A DNA stretch of 64,000 nucleotides from the NCBI RefSeq assembly GCF_009914755.1, contig NC_060932.1; one strand, written 5' to 3'. A model generated the notes under the pieces. It was not told the DNA's origin. It worked only from the letters and a program-made list of their open reading frames with translations, and did not search any database. Of the stretch, positions 42,554-56,514 are shown piece by piece. The position numbers were made by a program, and so were the translations under genes. Every line of letters starts with the position of its first letter. Positions within the stretch are counted from its first letter, which is position 1. Origin of the DNA: the human T2T-CHM13v2.0 reference genome, Homo sapiens.

Positions 42554-43216
42554 TAGTCTCTTTTGTGTGGCACGGAAAAGAAGGCTTCTTGGAAGAGGAG
42601 AAGGTGACGCTGGAAAGGCTTCTCAGGAGTTCACAGCTGTCTAGGCAGCCATGGTCTGGCTTGACACAGACTGATCTGCCTTAGTTTGTTACTCTCAAAC
42701 TACTGCATATACTTTGATTAATGAGAGTAGTTAGTCTCTTCACCTACCTGTTGGCAAGGGTAGCATCTGGTTCAATTTTCTCTGTGGCACCAACCCTTCA
42801 ACAACAAGCATCTATTGACGCTCTCAGTATGCCACACAGCACGCTACTTTCGTGCAGGTTATCTGCTAGTTTATTAGTTCCAAGCCAGAGCCTCTCTAAG
42901 GTAGGAAGTCTACATTATAGCAAATGTGTATGAAATGAAGAATTAATACTTACAGGTATTCACATGCTATTGAGAAGGGCTATATAATGCCTGATTCTAG
43001 AGGCCTGGCTTCAGGAATAGATGGGAATGAACTGTAATTAGCATATCAGGTGTTCACCTTTCTAAACGCTTAAAAGGTTAGTTCTTTTAAGCATGTTAAA
43101 GAAGGTTCTTGAGATTGGAATTATCATTCTTTTACTTAACACATCCTATCTTTGAGTTAAGATGCCTACCAAGTGCCCGGTCTCATTATCCAGAGCATTT
43201 GTTAATTTAACAGGCT

Positions 43217-43768
<552 letters not shown>

Positions 43769-45785
43769 CAAGAACCAGTGTTAATAAACGTACAGTAGAA
43801 GTGGGGTGGGGGCAGGGGGAAGCTACTGATCACAAACGAGAAACTACCACACACAAATTAATTTTACAGCTTTGATTTAGTCTCTCGGGACCCCACATCT
43901 GAAGAGGGGTTAGGCAGCGAAGTGTTTCGGTATGGGGCTTGAGGATAGTGATTTTGGGATTCTGAGCTACTGAGCTCCTCTGAGACTCTGGGGCACTGCT
44001 CACTTGTAAGCACAAGGGGGCTTTGCTTGACGGTAATTTAGGTCAAGCTTCCTTGAATTTCGATGAGGCAGCTGGAGTTTCTTGAAAATATTCTCAGCTA
44101 GATTCAGAATAATTCTTTCTCCTCTTCGCTTTTGTGGGGACTTTATCTCAAGTGTCTGTTTCTGTCTCACTGGAAGACTTAATTTAGGGGTCCTTCAGAC
44201 CCCTAAATTCAGTTGAGGAAATGACTTCTGCTGCAAATAGAGACCTCTGCTTTATTTGTCATGGAGAACAAGGAACTCAAATGAGAGATCCAAGGCATCC
44301 TTGTTTTCATGCAAATGGTTCTATCAGCTCAACAGAAGGAAATGAAAAAAAACATAGGGGCCAAAAAAACAGAGAAGAATTATCTCTGCACACAGAGTAT
44401 CAGCTGATCTTTAACAATGTCTTCTAAGAGCTCCATTCTAAACATTATCAGTTTTCCAAATGTAAGCGCATGTGAGCTGAGCTAGCTATGGGATATCGCA
44501 CACTTCAAATCCCTTATAAAAGTCATGAGAAGGCTGTACTCCCTATGTCTCACCAGCAGACAGGCCAAATCTCTGAATTTGATGTCCTGCTGTGAACAGC
44601 CATGAAGAACACTCTTGGTTTTTGTAGGGAGGATTTCTATTTTCAATTATGGGCTTTTTTTGGGGGAAGTGGGGAAAGTACTGTATCCTTAGATGACCAC
44701 GGTTGCTGTGGCCAAGTCTCAAACACTTGTTTCAGCAGCTGGAACACTAAATAAATTTAGTCTTTGTCTTCTGGGTCTTTGGTAAAGAGCTAGTTAGAAT
44801 TTATTCAAGACATGAGAGATATGCCTGGCACAAAGTCAGACAGTATATATTATGGGTTTCTGTTGTCCCCCTTGAGATAAAATTACAGAAGGGGGTGGAG
44901 GGAAATGAGGGGGTCTCTTGGCCCCCAGGACTCTGGTGTCATTTTCTCCTATAAACCATTTTCAGGACTCTCAATGACCTAGAGGCTCTCTGAACAGGCA
45001 TAGGCTGTGCCTGTCTAGATAGGTCCCCACTGCTATGTTGGTAACCACACTCAGGAGATGTGAAATCTTTCAGTCACTTTTTCCATTATTGTATTCAGTC
45101 TGGAGGCTTCTCACAGTCCTCTGTAGGGTGCAGAAAGAGAATCTCTGCTCTCTGTCAGACTGCTACCCTGATGGGGAATGCCATTACCCACAGGGAAGCA
45201 GCAACACAGCATTCTTACACTACAGACCTGCAGCTTGATATGTGAGTGATTTAAAAACATACATTTTAGTACAATGTATGGAATGGTAAGAAAACACTGG
45301 TGGGTTAGACCTTTGGCTTACATGCACTATTACTGTGTGGCCACTGGTTATCTTTGAGGATAGCTGTTCATGCCAAAGCGTTATTTTAACTTTTCTCTAT
45401 TACTTTATGATCTATGAGGCCATTTGGGGTCTCTCTAAGAACACAGCTCCCATTTATAACACTATTTCAATAGAGAATAAGCTCTGAAAAAACACTGTTT
45501 TGAATAAAGCTCACATTTCCCAGAAAATAGCCCTAGTGTGATTCAAATAGGCATGGCATTGTGTAGCGAGAAGCCATGAAACCTGTGGGAGCACGAGCTG
45601 AGCACACAGGGAGAACCCTGCATTTGGATTCACTGGCAAAGACCAAACTTGAAGCTATAGCTCTGGGTACCTCTCAATTATCCCTACTGGCTGAGGCAAC
45701 ACTTTAATGGTAGCCTGAGGCGCCAGCCCTGTGAGACATTTGACAACTCACAGCACAACAACCCTCCTATGAGCGGGATTCCTCG

Positions 45786-45904
45786 TCTGGGCGCAGTGGC
45801 TCAAGCCTGTAGTCCCAGCACCTTGAGGGGTCAAGGTGGGAGGATCAGTTGAGTACAGGAATTCAAGACCAGCCTGGGCAACATAGCAAGACCTCATCTC
45901 TACC

Positions 45905-45935
<31 letters not shown>

Positions 45936-46058
45936 GGGCATGGTGCCACACACCTGTGGTTCCAGCTACTTGGAAGGCTGAGGTGGGAGGATCAGGATCA
46001 CTTGAGCCCCGGAGATGGAGGCGACTGAGAAAGGCCTGTCTCAAGGGAAAAAAAAAAT
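45786..46058 (+). mobile_element. AluJ
   Basis: Expanded middle A tract; right arm has a deletion. Confidence 0.85.
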
Positions 46059-46789
46059 TCCTCTCCAAGTACTGTCTCTGGAAAAATGTTCCTTATTAGA
46101 GAGTACAAGAGAATGGGCTTTGGTCACACAGAACCTGGGTTAGAATCCCAGGCTGAGAACTACAGGCCAATTACTCAGTATCTCTGAACAAATCCCCTAA
46201 TTTACATGATGCCAGTAACTGCATAATAGCACCTACCTCATTTTGAGATGATTACAAAAGAAGTACTAGGCGTAGAGCCTCTCATAAGGCAAGTGCTCCA
46301 TAACTATTAACTACCACTATTATTACTAGCGTCTTCAAAAGAGTGGCATTTTAATGTAGAGAAAAGTAACTTTCCAGAGAACTGAAACTCCACTCCACAT
46401 TACAAAAAGTACAGGTTCTGGAGCCACGTGGACCTCAGATTGAATCTCAACTTTACCTCTTACCAGTGGTGTGACCTTGGGCTGGTCAGTGTATCTCATT
46501 GAGCCTTAGTTTCCTCTTCTGTAAAATGGGCACAAAAGCACATACTTCACAGGATTGTTGTAAGGTTAACACAAATAATGCACAAAGAGAGCCCACAGCA
46601 CTGCCTGTCCTGCTCTTGGTACCTGGCAAATGGCATGGTCCCTATTTCAAGCTGCTCCTGACAACACGATCCGCGCCACTCAAATGTACCTTGCAATTCT
46701 TACCTCAAAGCTGGCTAGACTATCAGCTCTGAGGATGGAGTCACAAGCCCTTCGAGGATGGAGTCACAAGCCCTTCTCAAAGCCCATAC

Positions 46790-47018
46790 CTTTCCCGGCG
46801 TTCCTAGGAGGCAGAGGGGGAGCCTCCGTGGTTGGTGATGTGGGCGAGTCTGTGCTTGTGGAAACGAAGATCTGGTTGGTGAAGGCTCCATAGGAGAGCC
46901 GCTGTTTGTCCCTTGGAGTGCTGAATCCTGGCAGTGCCAGCTTGTCCTGGGGGGAGATGCTGGAGGAGTGGCAGAAGCTCTGAGGTCTGGGTGAGCGCTC
47001 TTTCTTGACAGGGCTTGG
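46790..47018 (-). CDS. ASAP1: ASAP1 exon (229 nt): Pro/Ser-rich region, PSPVKKERSPRPQSF...RLSYGAF...EAPPLPPRNAGK(G)
   Basis: Acceptor catctgccag|CCA, donor AAG|gtatgg; class II SH3-ligand PPLPPR; phase 0 to 1; visible in ORF 46764..47054. Confidence 0.97.
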
Positions 47019-48442
47019 CTGGCAGATGAAATAAGAAGGTGAGATAATAATCAAGGACCACCCTTCATGTGTACAGAGGGCCTCCGCAGGGCGGGCTCAG
47101 GTGGGAATCTGGGTTCCTGTGGCTCTCTGAGCTTTATGAGGTCAGCCACAATGAGCCTCATGATGCTGACACAGTACAAGGGAAGGATCTAGATACCACA
47201 CTTTCATATCGTTCACCACTATGAATAATCACACTAGTGAAACACTGGTTAGGATCAGCAGCAGTGTCAGAAGCACAGTAAGGTCACAGGTAGATTTAAC
47301 TTTTAATAAGCAAACACCTTCAGAATGCAGGACTTTTTCAGCAAAATTTGAATAGTATTTCCACCTATTTCTAATTTGCTACATTAAGTTTTGTTCCCTG
47401 CTCAACCCTTTAACGTTGAAGTTCTTTCTTTGCCTCTTTTCTCATTTTATATCCCCCTGCAAAGTAAACGAATTCACACCCACTGCCCGCTACACAATAA
47501 TTACTTACAGATCTGTAAATACAACCCCAGTGACTTGTGTTCCAAACCAATGGCCCATGAGGTATCTCTGGTATTTGCGCTTGTGGTGATGGCATTAGGA
47601 TCCACTCAACTGCCCAGGTTAGAAACCTCAGTGTCACCTGGAGTCCCTGGTTCCTGCATTCCCTTTGGAAATATCCCTTGAAGCCCCTCCTAGTACAGGT
47701 GCTCACCAGCTCCCACTGCAGCTCTAGCCTCCAGAATGGCCCCTTCTCCAGTTTCCTTCCTCCAGTCCATTCTCCACACTGCAGCCAGAGCTGGTGGGAA
47801 ACCTTGCTCTTTAGACAATAAACCTCTGTGGGCTTCTGACTGCTTGCACAAAAACCCAAAGGCCAAACCTTGCCCACAAAGCCATCCTGATCTGGTTTGC
47901 CTGACTCTACAAGGCAGCTGCCTGCCTCTCCCCACCCAGCCAGGTGAATGCATCTCACACACAGTGCTTCTCTCCATTCCTCCGACATCCAGACTCTACC
48001 ATGACTCCTTCCCTTGGCACGTGGTGTTCTGGAATGATGCATTCCACCCCACTTCTTTCCCTGGCAAGCTTCCACCTATCCTTAGAAACCCATCTCCAAT
48101 GTCCTTGAGAAGGCAGACTGAGGCAGCTGCTTGGTCCTCTGAATAGCTCTCAGGAATTTTTCCATACTCTTATAATGATTATCACATTGTATTATAATTT
48201 ATTTCCTCTTAAAGTTGTTAAGGCTTGAGGACCTCTTTGGCCATTCCTTACATCCTGCCTGTGATACAGGAAATGTCCAATACATAGGCAATCAATTAAT
48301 GCATGAATGAACTTTCAGAGGTAGTTAACTGCTTATAAGGAAAACTCAGTGAGAACTGGGTTTAATCCTCCAAACTGTCTTTACTAGCTGGGAGACTTTA
48401 GACAAGTTGCTAAATTCTCTTTGTAAGTTTTCTCTTCTGTAA

Positions 48443-48805
<363 letters not shown>

Positions 48806-48844
48806 TAACGTAAGTGCTTAAATCTGTCTAATCCATATTTAATG

Positions 48845-49410
48845 AACATCATTCCTTAATGACAGGCATACATTCTGAGAAATGTGTTAGGTGATTTCGT
48901 TCTTGTGCGAACATCATAGAGTATACTTACACAAACCTAGATGGGAGAGCCTACTACACACCTAGGCTATATGGTATAGCCTATTGCTCCCAGGCTACAA
49001 ACCTGTACAGCATGCTACTATACTAAACATTGTAAACAACTGTAACACAATGGTAATTACTTGTGTATCTAAACATAGAAGAGGTAAAATAAAAACATGT
49101 TATATAAGATTAAAAAATGGTACATCTATGTAGGACACTTTCCATAAATGGAGCTGGAAGGACTGGAAGCTGCTCTGGGTGTGAGTGAAGGCCTAGGACA
49201 TTACTGTACATTTTTATACAACTCAGTGCAGTAGGTTGGTTTATACCAGCATCCCACAACCATTTGAGGAATGTGTTGCACTACCGTATTATGACATCTA
49301 TGGCATCACTAGGTGATGGCTATTTTTCAGCTCCGTTTTAATCTTATATTGATCCCCATTGAGTATGCAGTGTGTTGTGGACTGAAATGTTATTATACAG
49401 TGCATGATTA
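48845..49410. mobile_element. Tigger3-type DNA transposon fossil
   Basis: Characteristic ttctgagaaatg...gtgcgaacatcatagagt...acacaaacctagatgg...gcctactacacacctaggctatatgg. Confidence 0.75.
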
Positions 49411-49454
49411 TGTTCAATAAATAACAACTGTTATTTACTTACTAATTACTTGTT

Positions 49455-50160
49455 TTGAAGGTTAATTTTTTTTTTTTTTTTTTTTTAAGATATAGGGTCT
49501 TGCTCTGTCATTCAGGTCAAGAGTGCAGTAGTACAATCATAGCTCACTGCAGCCTCAAACTCCTGGGCTCAAGCAATCCTCCTGCCTCAGCTTGTCAAAT
49601 AGCACCACCACGTTTTATTGATTGATCCATTTACTTTGTAGAGACAGGGTCTCACCATTTTGCTTAGGTTGCTCTCGAATTCCTGGTCTCAAGCGATAGT
49701 TCTGCCTTGGCCTCCCAAAGCGCTGGGATTATAGGCATGAGCCACCATGCCTAGCTTCATGGTTAATTTTATGTGTCAACAGGCTACAGTGTCCTGGTGT
49801 TTGGTCAAATACTAGTCTAGATGTTGCTGTAAAGGAATTTTTTAGATGCAATTACCATTTAAATGAGTAGATTTCGAGTCAAGGGAACTACCCTTCATGA
49901 TGTGGGTGTGCCTCACCTAATCAGCCAAAGAAAGGCCTTAAAAAGACTGAGGTCCCCCAAAGGGTAAGGAATGCTGCCTCCAGACTGTCTTTAGCCTGAA
50001 GACTGCAACATTAACTCCTGCTGGGATTTCCAGCCTGCTGGCCTGCCCTGTGCATTTTGAACTTGACAGCTCCTTCAATCATGTGAGCCAATTCCTTAAA
50101 AAAAATTTCTCTGTCTCTCTCCCTATCCTGTTGGCTCTGTTTCTCTGGACAACCTTAATA
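49455..50160 (+). mobile_element. MLT2 (ERVL) LTR interrupted by AluJ (-) at ~49466-49755
   Basis: ggttaattttatgtgtcaac start motif, duplicated as the Alu TSD; end ttggctctgtttctctggacaaccttaata. Confidence 0.7.
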
Positions 50161-50324
50161 TAGCTGTTAAATGGTGCCCAATAAGGACTGAACAACATAA
50201 ATGGCCCTGATACATTGGATCATAAAACCACAATCAATCAATCTCACCAAAAATGGATCTTGTCTACACAGACTAGAAAAGCTGGGGTAGTTGTTGAGAA
50301 TTCGAGGACATAATTTACACTCAC

Positions 50325-50432
50325 TTTGTCATCCAGATCATCATCGCTCTCATCTATCTCCTCCTGTCGAAGATTCCACTCATATTCTACGTGGACGTGT
50401 GGATTGAACTTTCCAGATTTAGCCTGGGAAAG
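50325..50432 (-). CDS. ASAP1: ASAP1 exon (108 nt): LSQAKSGKFNPHVHVEYEWNLRQEEIDESDDDLDDK (acidic linker)
   Basis: Acceptor ccttccag|CTT, donor AAA|gtgagt; phase 0 to 0; visible in ORF 50244..50459. Confidence 0.97.
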
Positions 50433-51374
50433 CTGGAAGGAACAGCAAATGTGCACCATTTTAATTTAAATGCTGAAACATCCCAATATTATACAAACAC
50501 TGAGCAAATCCCACCTTATTCCTAGTTTTCAATGAATCATCTGTAGGTGTACTATAGGCAACACTCTGCTTAGACAAGCTGCACTGCTATGTGACAGGCT
50601 CAAGAAGAAATGCAAACAATTGCAGGCAGAGCCTTCTTTATTTTGATGACTTGTCTCCAAAATTAAAAGCTTTCTTCTTATTAAATGGGCCTCAAACTTG
50701 CAAATTCCTGGCTGAAAGGCAAAACGAGTCTTTGAAGTTTAAGACGTAGGCTTTTAAGGTCCCAGTCCAATCTGTGGCCCCATTTTCTCATTCATAAAAT
50801 GGGAGCAGGGATAATTGTCTCAAAGGATTCTTTTAAGAATAAAAAGGCCCAACTGGTGGGCCTGGAACCTGGCACTTAGCAGAAACTCAAGAGAATCACA
50901 CTAATGTGAAGGCCCTGACTTGCTAAGCAAGAACTAGTAGGGTCAAAAAAGGTGAATGTGCACAGGAAGGGGAGGGGCTGGGAGAACAGTGTGTTAACAT
51001 TTTGAAGACCACTACTCTCTGAGCTTTACTTGCCCAATTTTTGGAGCAGCTTCTCAAATAATTCTTTACTATTAAGCTGCAGAGAAAGTCTAATGGTCTG
51101 GGAAATAAAAAGCATGACCTCAATGCACAAGTCGATCTGGTAATAATACTTGTGTAATGCCTTTCACCTCCTTTAACTGCATTCCAAAAACATGTGGATG
51201 ACAAATTTATCATTTTACCACTTTTTCTAATGTAGCACATTGCTCATCTGATTTTCTTTAGCAAGTGTTAAAAAAAAATGAATCTGCATTTTTAATATTC
51301 AATTCTAGCTTCTCAGAATGACACTTTTAAGGCAGCCAATGTCTAATAAATCTCCCACGTCCATTTTTGCTTAC

Positions 51375-51442
51375 CAGATCTTCACACTGGGTAGCTTTTA
51401 GTCTCTTTGCTATGTCTAGGGCAGTTTCTCCAGCCTGGTTAA
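51375..51442 (-). CDS. ASAP1: ASAP1 exon (68 nt): (V)NQAGETALDIAKRLKATQCEDL
   Basis: Acceptor tatttcag|TT, donor CTG|gtaagc; follows a 134-nt intron; phase 1 to 0. Confidence 0.96.
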
Positions 51443-51576
51443 CTGAAATAGGAAAAAAATTAATTTGCATAATTATCTAGGAAACACCTTAAGAAGGCAA
51501 GGAACAATAATCAAATTACAATGTACCATGCAACACACGCTTACTACAGTCATGAAGACACTAGACACACTCTTAC

Positions 51577-51692
51577 CTATATCCACAGTGGGCTTGCTCC
51601 TGAGCAAAAGCTTCAAACACTCAGGTTTACTGTACATACTACAGTAGTGTAGAACTGTGTTTCCCAGGGCCGTCTGCTTATCCAGGTTCCCA
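51577..51692 (-). CDS. ASAP1: ASAP1 exon (116 nt): ankyrin repeat, (C)GNLDKQTALGNTVLHYCSMYSKPECLKLLLRSKPTVDI(V)
   Basis: Acceptor tttttcag|T, donor AG|gtaaga; phase 2 to 1. Confidence 0.96.
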
Positions 51693-52545
51693 CTGAAAAA
51701 TTAGATGATGATTAGAAAAAAATGACTTACTTTATAACTTAAAACTATAGATTAGCCACTTATTTTTGTGCTGACAACTGAGTCAAATTTGAGACCTAAT
51801 TATTATAATAGAGAAAATTATGATGTTTCTAACCTAGATTTATAAGCAATACAGTGATAACAGGCAGTATTTATTTAGAGTGCCAGGTCCTACGGGACAG
51901 ACACTGTTTCTTAACATTTACATGTATTAGTTCATTGAATCTTTACAACTATATGATGGGGTAAATACTAATAATAACCGCTTTTACAGATAAAAAACCC
52001 TGAAGCGCAGAGAGGCTGAAGTGCTTGCTTTCAAGATTTTCAAGATAGGGATGGTGAAGCAGGGATATTTGAACACAGGTAATCTATCTCTGGAGCCAAT
52101 GTTTTGAGCCACTATGCTATATTGTCTCTGAGGAAGAAACCTGGACTTTTATACAATTTGGCTTGTGTCTATGTACCATTTTTCCTCTATGGGTTCAAAT
52201 CCCCTCACTATTTTGATCTTCTTCTTTAGATGAGCTCTAGTTCCTCCTCATCATCTGTTGCTTACAGAACAGATAAAGAGAATAAAGAATCCAGCAAGTC
52301 CAAACTTCCTATATTCACTCTTATACTTCCATCAGTATATCCCAAACTTGAATGAGCTATTGATCCAGCCACACACACTGCTGCTGTCTTATATTAAATT
52401 TAGGAACAATGAAAACTCACAAATATGGTTGACCTGTGCTGTTAAGTCTTCTCTCTTTTAACCTCTCCTAACGGTTAGCAAATGTGTCCAATCTGTGCAG
52501 CAGATTTTTGGATACAGACATAATTTTACATTTATAAAGGCCAAG

Positions 52546-52777
52546 AGATGGCAAACTACAGCCTGTAGGCCATATCTGGTTCACTGTCTGTTTTTATAAA
52601 CAAAATAATAAAGTTTCATTGGAATACAGCCACACTTGCTTGTTTACACATTGTCAGTGGCTGCTTTCACACTACCATGGCAGAAGTGAATAGCTCTGAC
52701 AGAGAGACTTCATGCCTGCAAAGCCAAAAATAATTTTTATATCTAGCATGACACAGAAAAAGCTTGCCAATTCCCGA
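52546..52777. mobile_element. MER58A-like hAT fossil
   Basis: ggcaaactacagcc...cttgccaa terminal motifs; aaagtttcattggaatacagccacac core. Confidence 0.7.
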
Positions 52778-52857
52778 TCTAGGCCACTGATAGGACTGGT
52801 TTGTGTTAATTTATAAGGCATATTCAGGTAATTCAACAGAGAAAACAAAAACGATAC

Positions 52858-52943
52858 CAGTTTTGTACAAGGAAGTCAACCAAATGGAGAGATGTCTGAT
52901 CTGCAGTTCGGACGGCAAGGTGAAGGGCTGTCTCCCCAAGCTC
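52858..52943 (-). CDS. ASAP1: ASAP1 exon (86 nt): ankyrin repeat, ELGETALHLAVRTADQTSLHLVDFLVQN(C)
   Basis: Acceptor tttttag|GAG, donor TG|gtatcg; ankyrin GETALH motif; phase 0 to 2. Confidence 0.96.
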
Positions 52944-53185
52944 CTAAAAAGGGAAAGAAAAGTATAAGTAAGTCAATAATATGCTCTGCCAAGGGAGGCT
53001 TCACATATATCAGTTGCCCCCAAGTAATTATAAGGAGCACACCTTTTCACTCTCATATTCTCTTGATTTAGACATGGCCACCCAATGTATAAGAATCTCA
53101 TTATATGGTATAATGTTAAAATAAGTCACCTTTTAAACTGATTTTCCACATTACTTTTTATCCAATGATTTTAGTGAGGCCTTAC

Positions 53186-53372
53186 CTGCCCAGGTTCCAG
53201 CAGTGGTTCCATTAGCTCTACCCCTTCTGCATAGACTTGAATTAGTGCAAGTAAATCCCTGGATTTGATGGCCTCAAGCAATTCATTTAGTTTAGCTGAT
53301 GAAGTTGAACAGGTCTTCCTTGAAAACCTATGATCTACATACTTTGCAGTGATATATTCTTTTCGTACAGTC
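53186..53372 (-). CDS. ASAP1: ASAP1 exon (187 nt): ArfGAP end, (M)TVRKEYITAKYVDHRFSRKTCSTSSAKLNELLEAIKSRDLLALIQVYAEGVELMEPLLEPGQ
   Basis: Acceptor tgttttag|G, donor CAG|gtaagg; phase 2 to 0; visible in ORF 53171..53386. Confidence 0.97.
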
Positions 53373-53795
53373 CTAAAACAGAACAAAATAAAGAATTTTT
53401 ATTTTCCAAGTGCTAGGAAAGGTTTACATTTTTCTGACAAACATTTCTCTTTGAGAAGTTATTTTAATTAAGATACGCTTCTTTTCACCATTCAAATAAA
53501 CCAGGTTTTAGACCAAATTACTCCAACAGAGACAGAATAAAGAAAATAATATATGTTTACTAATATATACAAGTAATAGATATAGTTACAAAGTAAACGG
53601 GCACATAAATCACAGATTTCTTTTTCACCTTGACCAACAGCATGAGAAATCAACTATTTATAAATACTTCAAACTCTGATATATAAGCATATGAATAAAT
53701 TTAAAAATTTAAGAAGTTAAACACATTCTGAAAGACCAATTAAAAGTTTTCAGAGCTTCACGGAAAGGATTTTGGTCGTCTGATATAACTCTCTA

Positions 53796-53942
53796 TTTTT
53801 TATTTATTTTGTAAAATTTTTAAAAGGATCGGGTCTCGCTATGTTGCCCAGGCTGGTCTTGAACTCCTGAGCTCAAGCAATTCTCCTGCCTTGGCCTCCC
53901 AAAGAGTTGGGATTACAGGTGTGAGCCGGCCTGTACCCGGCC
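53796..53942 (-). mobile_element. FLAM
   Basis: Monomer with TSD ataactctctatttt. Confidence 0.88.
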
Positions 53943-55974
53943 ATAACTCTCTATTTTATAGGTGAGGAAACTAAGGCTCAGAAAGGCTGTCACTGAAGCA
54001 ACTCCCCCAGGCCAGGCATTGAGCTCCAAAGGGGTGAAGATGAGCTGTCTTTCCTGCACAGGTTCAGTATGGGAGCAGGAGACCACATGGATAACATGCC
54101 CAAAGTCTGAAAGGGTGTAGTACTTTTTCCTTTTCTTGAGGAATTGCCTTCTTTACTTCCGTTCAAGTGTTTCTGGTGGGACTGAGCTCACCTCCCAGCC
54201 ACAGGGGTGAGTAAATGACCTAAGTGGCCCAATGGTCACCTTGGCCACCTCTGGGGAAAGACTAAAATGGAAGTCAGCTCAGAGGAAAGGAGAGGTAGGA
54301 GTCAAGGAAAGAGAGCTAGGGTCCACGTGATGCTGTCTGACAGCCTGGATCCAGCTGTACCTGAATCCACCCCTTGAATTTCCCAGTTACATGAGCTAAT
54401 TAATAAAGACAGTAAATGAACTTTGGATTAAATCTTTTAGTTCTACAGCACCCCAGCTGTGTGACCATAGTAAACTGCTTAATCGTCATGAGCTTCAGTT
54501 TTTTTTTTTTAATCTGAAAATGGGGATAAGACATTGGTATATTTTGAATTAAAGGATGTACAGTGCCTAAGAAGTGTTTTCTTCCTTCTGAGAGGGCTCT
54601 AACACAAAGGACATAAACTTTCTTGCTCAAAAATATGCATTCCACCTGTGGAAGCTGCTACTGTTTCCAACAGCCCACAGTCAGGCAACACAGTTTAACA
54701 CTGTGCTGGTACCTTTTTCTTTCATTTTGGGTTGGCAGTAAAAACAGTTGAGCTGGTTGATGATGGCACACAGCCTCTGGTCTTTTCTCAACCCTGTGCA
54801 GTTGAGAAGAGACCAACTGATTCTACTAAGTAACCAAAATCTTATGCTCACGTGTGTCCCTTATGCTTAGGTCAAAGTCCTTTTTAGGATGGCTAGAGCC
54901 TGATGAATTAGAGGACTTCCAGTAACCAAAAGAACGGCCCAAGCCTGGCTTCTGAGGCCTCTGCTGCATGTGTCTTATATAAAGTGTGAAAGGCAGCTAC
55001 TGTGTTGATGGATGGAGCAGCAGACTTAAAAATTAAATCGCTCGATTCAAGTCTGAGACCACGTGCTAACTATGTGACCCTGGGTAAATCAAGTTCTCAC
55101 TGAATCTCAGTTTCTTTACCTGTAAAATATTAGTAATCATAGCTGCCTTCCAAGGAAGCAAGATTATGGGTAAGGAACAAAGAGGGATGCACATGTTAGG
55201 GGTTCATTTGAAAGCTTCCTTCCCATTATTATCCGGGAGGCCAGAACTAGGCTTAAAGATGCAAAGTTGCGGGGAGGTAGATCTTAGATTACTGTTTCCA
55301 TGCATTCATCTGCGTTTCAGGAATGTCTGCAGGTGGCTTCCTGTCACTGGAAATATCATGCAGATGCCACGCAATTATTTGGAAGCAATGATGCAGAGGG
55401 TGCTCAGGTATCACATGATCACCTTGAAAATCACCTCTACCCTTAGGTCTCTAATTCTGTGGCCATAGGAAGTATCTGGCCTCTTACTAGGCACAATGCC
55501 TTCAACTTTTTATGGGCACTCAGCCCATAGTCCCCTGGCAATTTAATGTTTTCTGACACTGGAGTAATAGGGAGAGTGGAAAATAGATTTGTCTGGAAAT
55601 CTGGACACTAGAATTCTAGTCCTATGGCTGATAAAGACAACTTTTCTCCTCTGTCCCCTTAAACCCAGTCCTCTCTTTATCTGCTCCGTTTTTGTTAATG
55701 CTACTATCTATTTACCTAGATGTAAAACCTTGGGTGTCATCTTGACTGAGTCTTAAACATCTCATATTAAAACTGATCAGCAAATCCTGTTGGCTCTCCC
55801 TTCAAAATACATTGGGAAGTCAACCACATTTCATTATCTTCATTGCTACCACCTTTGTCCAGTTTACCTTCAGCGCTCAGTGGATCTATTCTAACAGCTT
55901 CTCCTCTGTCTGTTTTCATAGGCACCCAGGCCCCGCCACACTCCCCGCCAGTCTGTCCTTCACACGTCAGCTAC

Positions 55975-56175
55975 AGCTGGGTTTCTCAACCTCAGCCCTA
56001 CTGACATTTGGGGCTGGGTACATTCTTTTCTCTTGACAGCTGTCCTATGTTTAGCACCATCCCTGACCTCTACCCACTGGGTGACAGTAGCACCTGTCCA
56101 AGTCATGACAACTGAGTATCTCCAGACATTGCCAAGTATCCTCTGGGGGCAAAGTCACCCTTGGTTGAGAACCAA
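55975..56175. mobile_element. MER20 hAT fossil
   Basis: Inverted termini ttctcaacc...ggttgagaa; tctccagacattgccaa core. Confidence 0.8.
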
Positions 56176-56196
56176 TATCATATGATCAGTTTAAGA

Positions 56197-56514
<318 letters not shown>

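Noticed and set aside
43802-43818. G-rich ggggtgggggcaggggg as a G-quadruplex
   Set aside because: Only three G tracts.
47410-48075. Longest ORF (221 aa, minus strand)
   Set aside because: Lies in L2-like degenerate repeat sequence; non-ATG start and no domain; not part of the ASAP1 frame.
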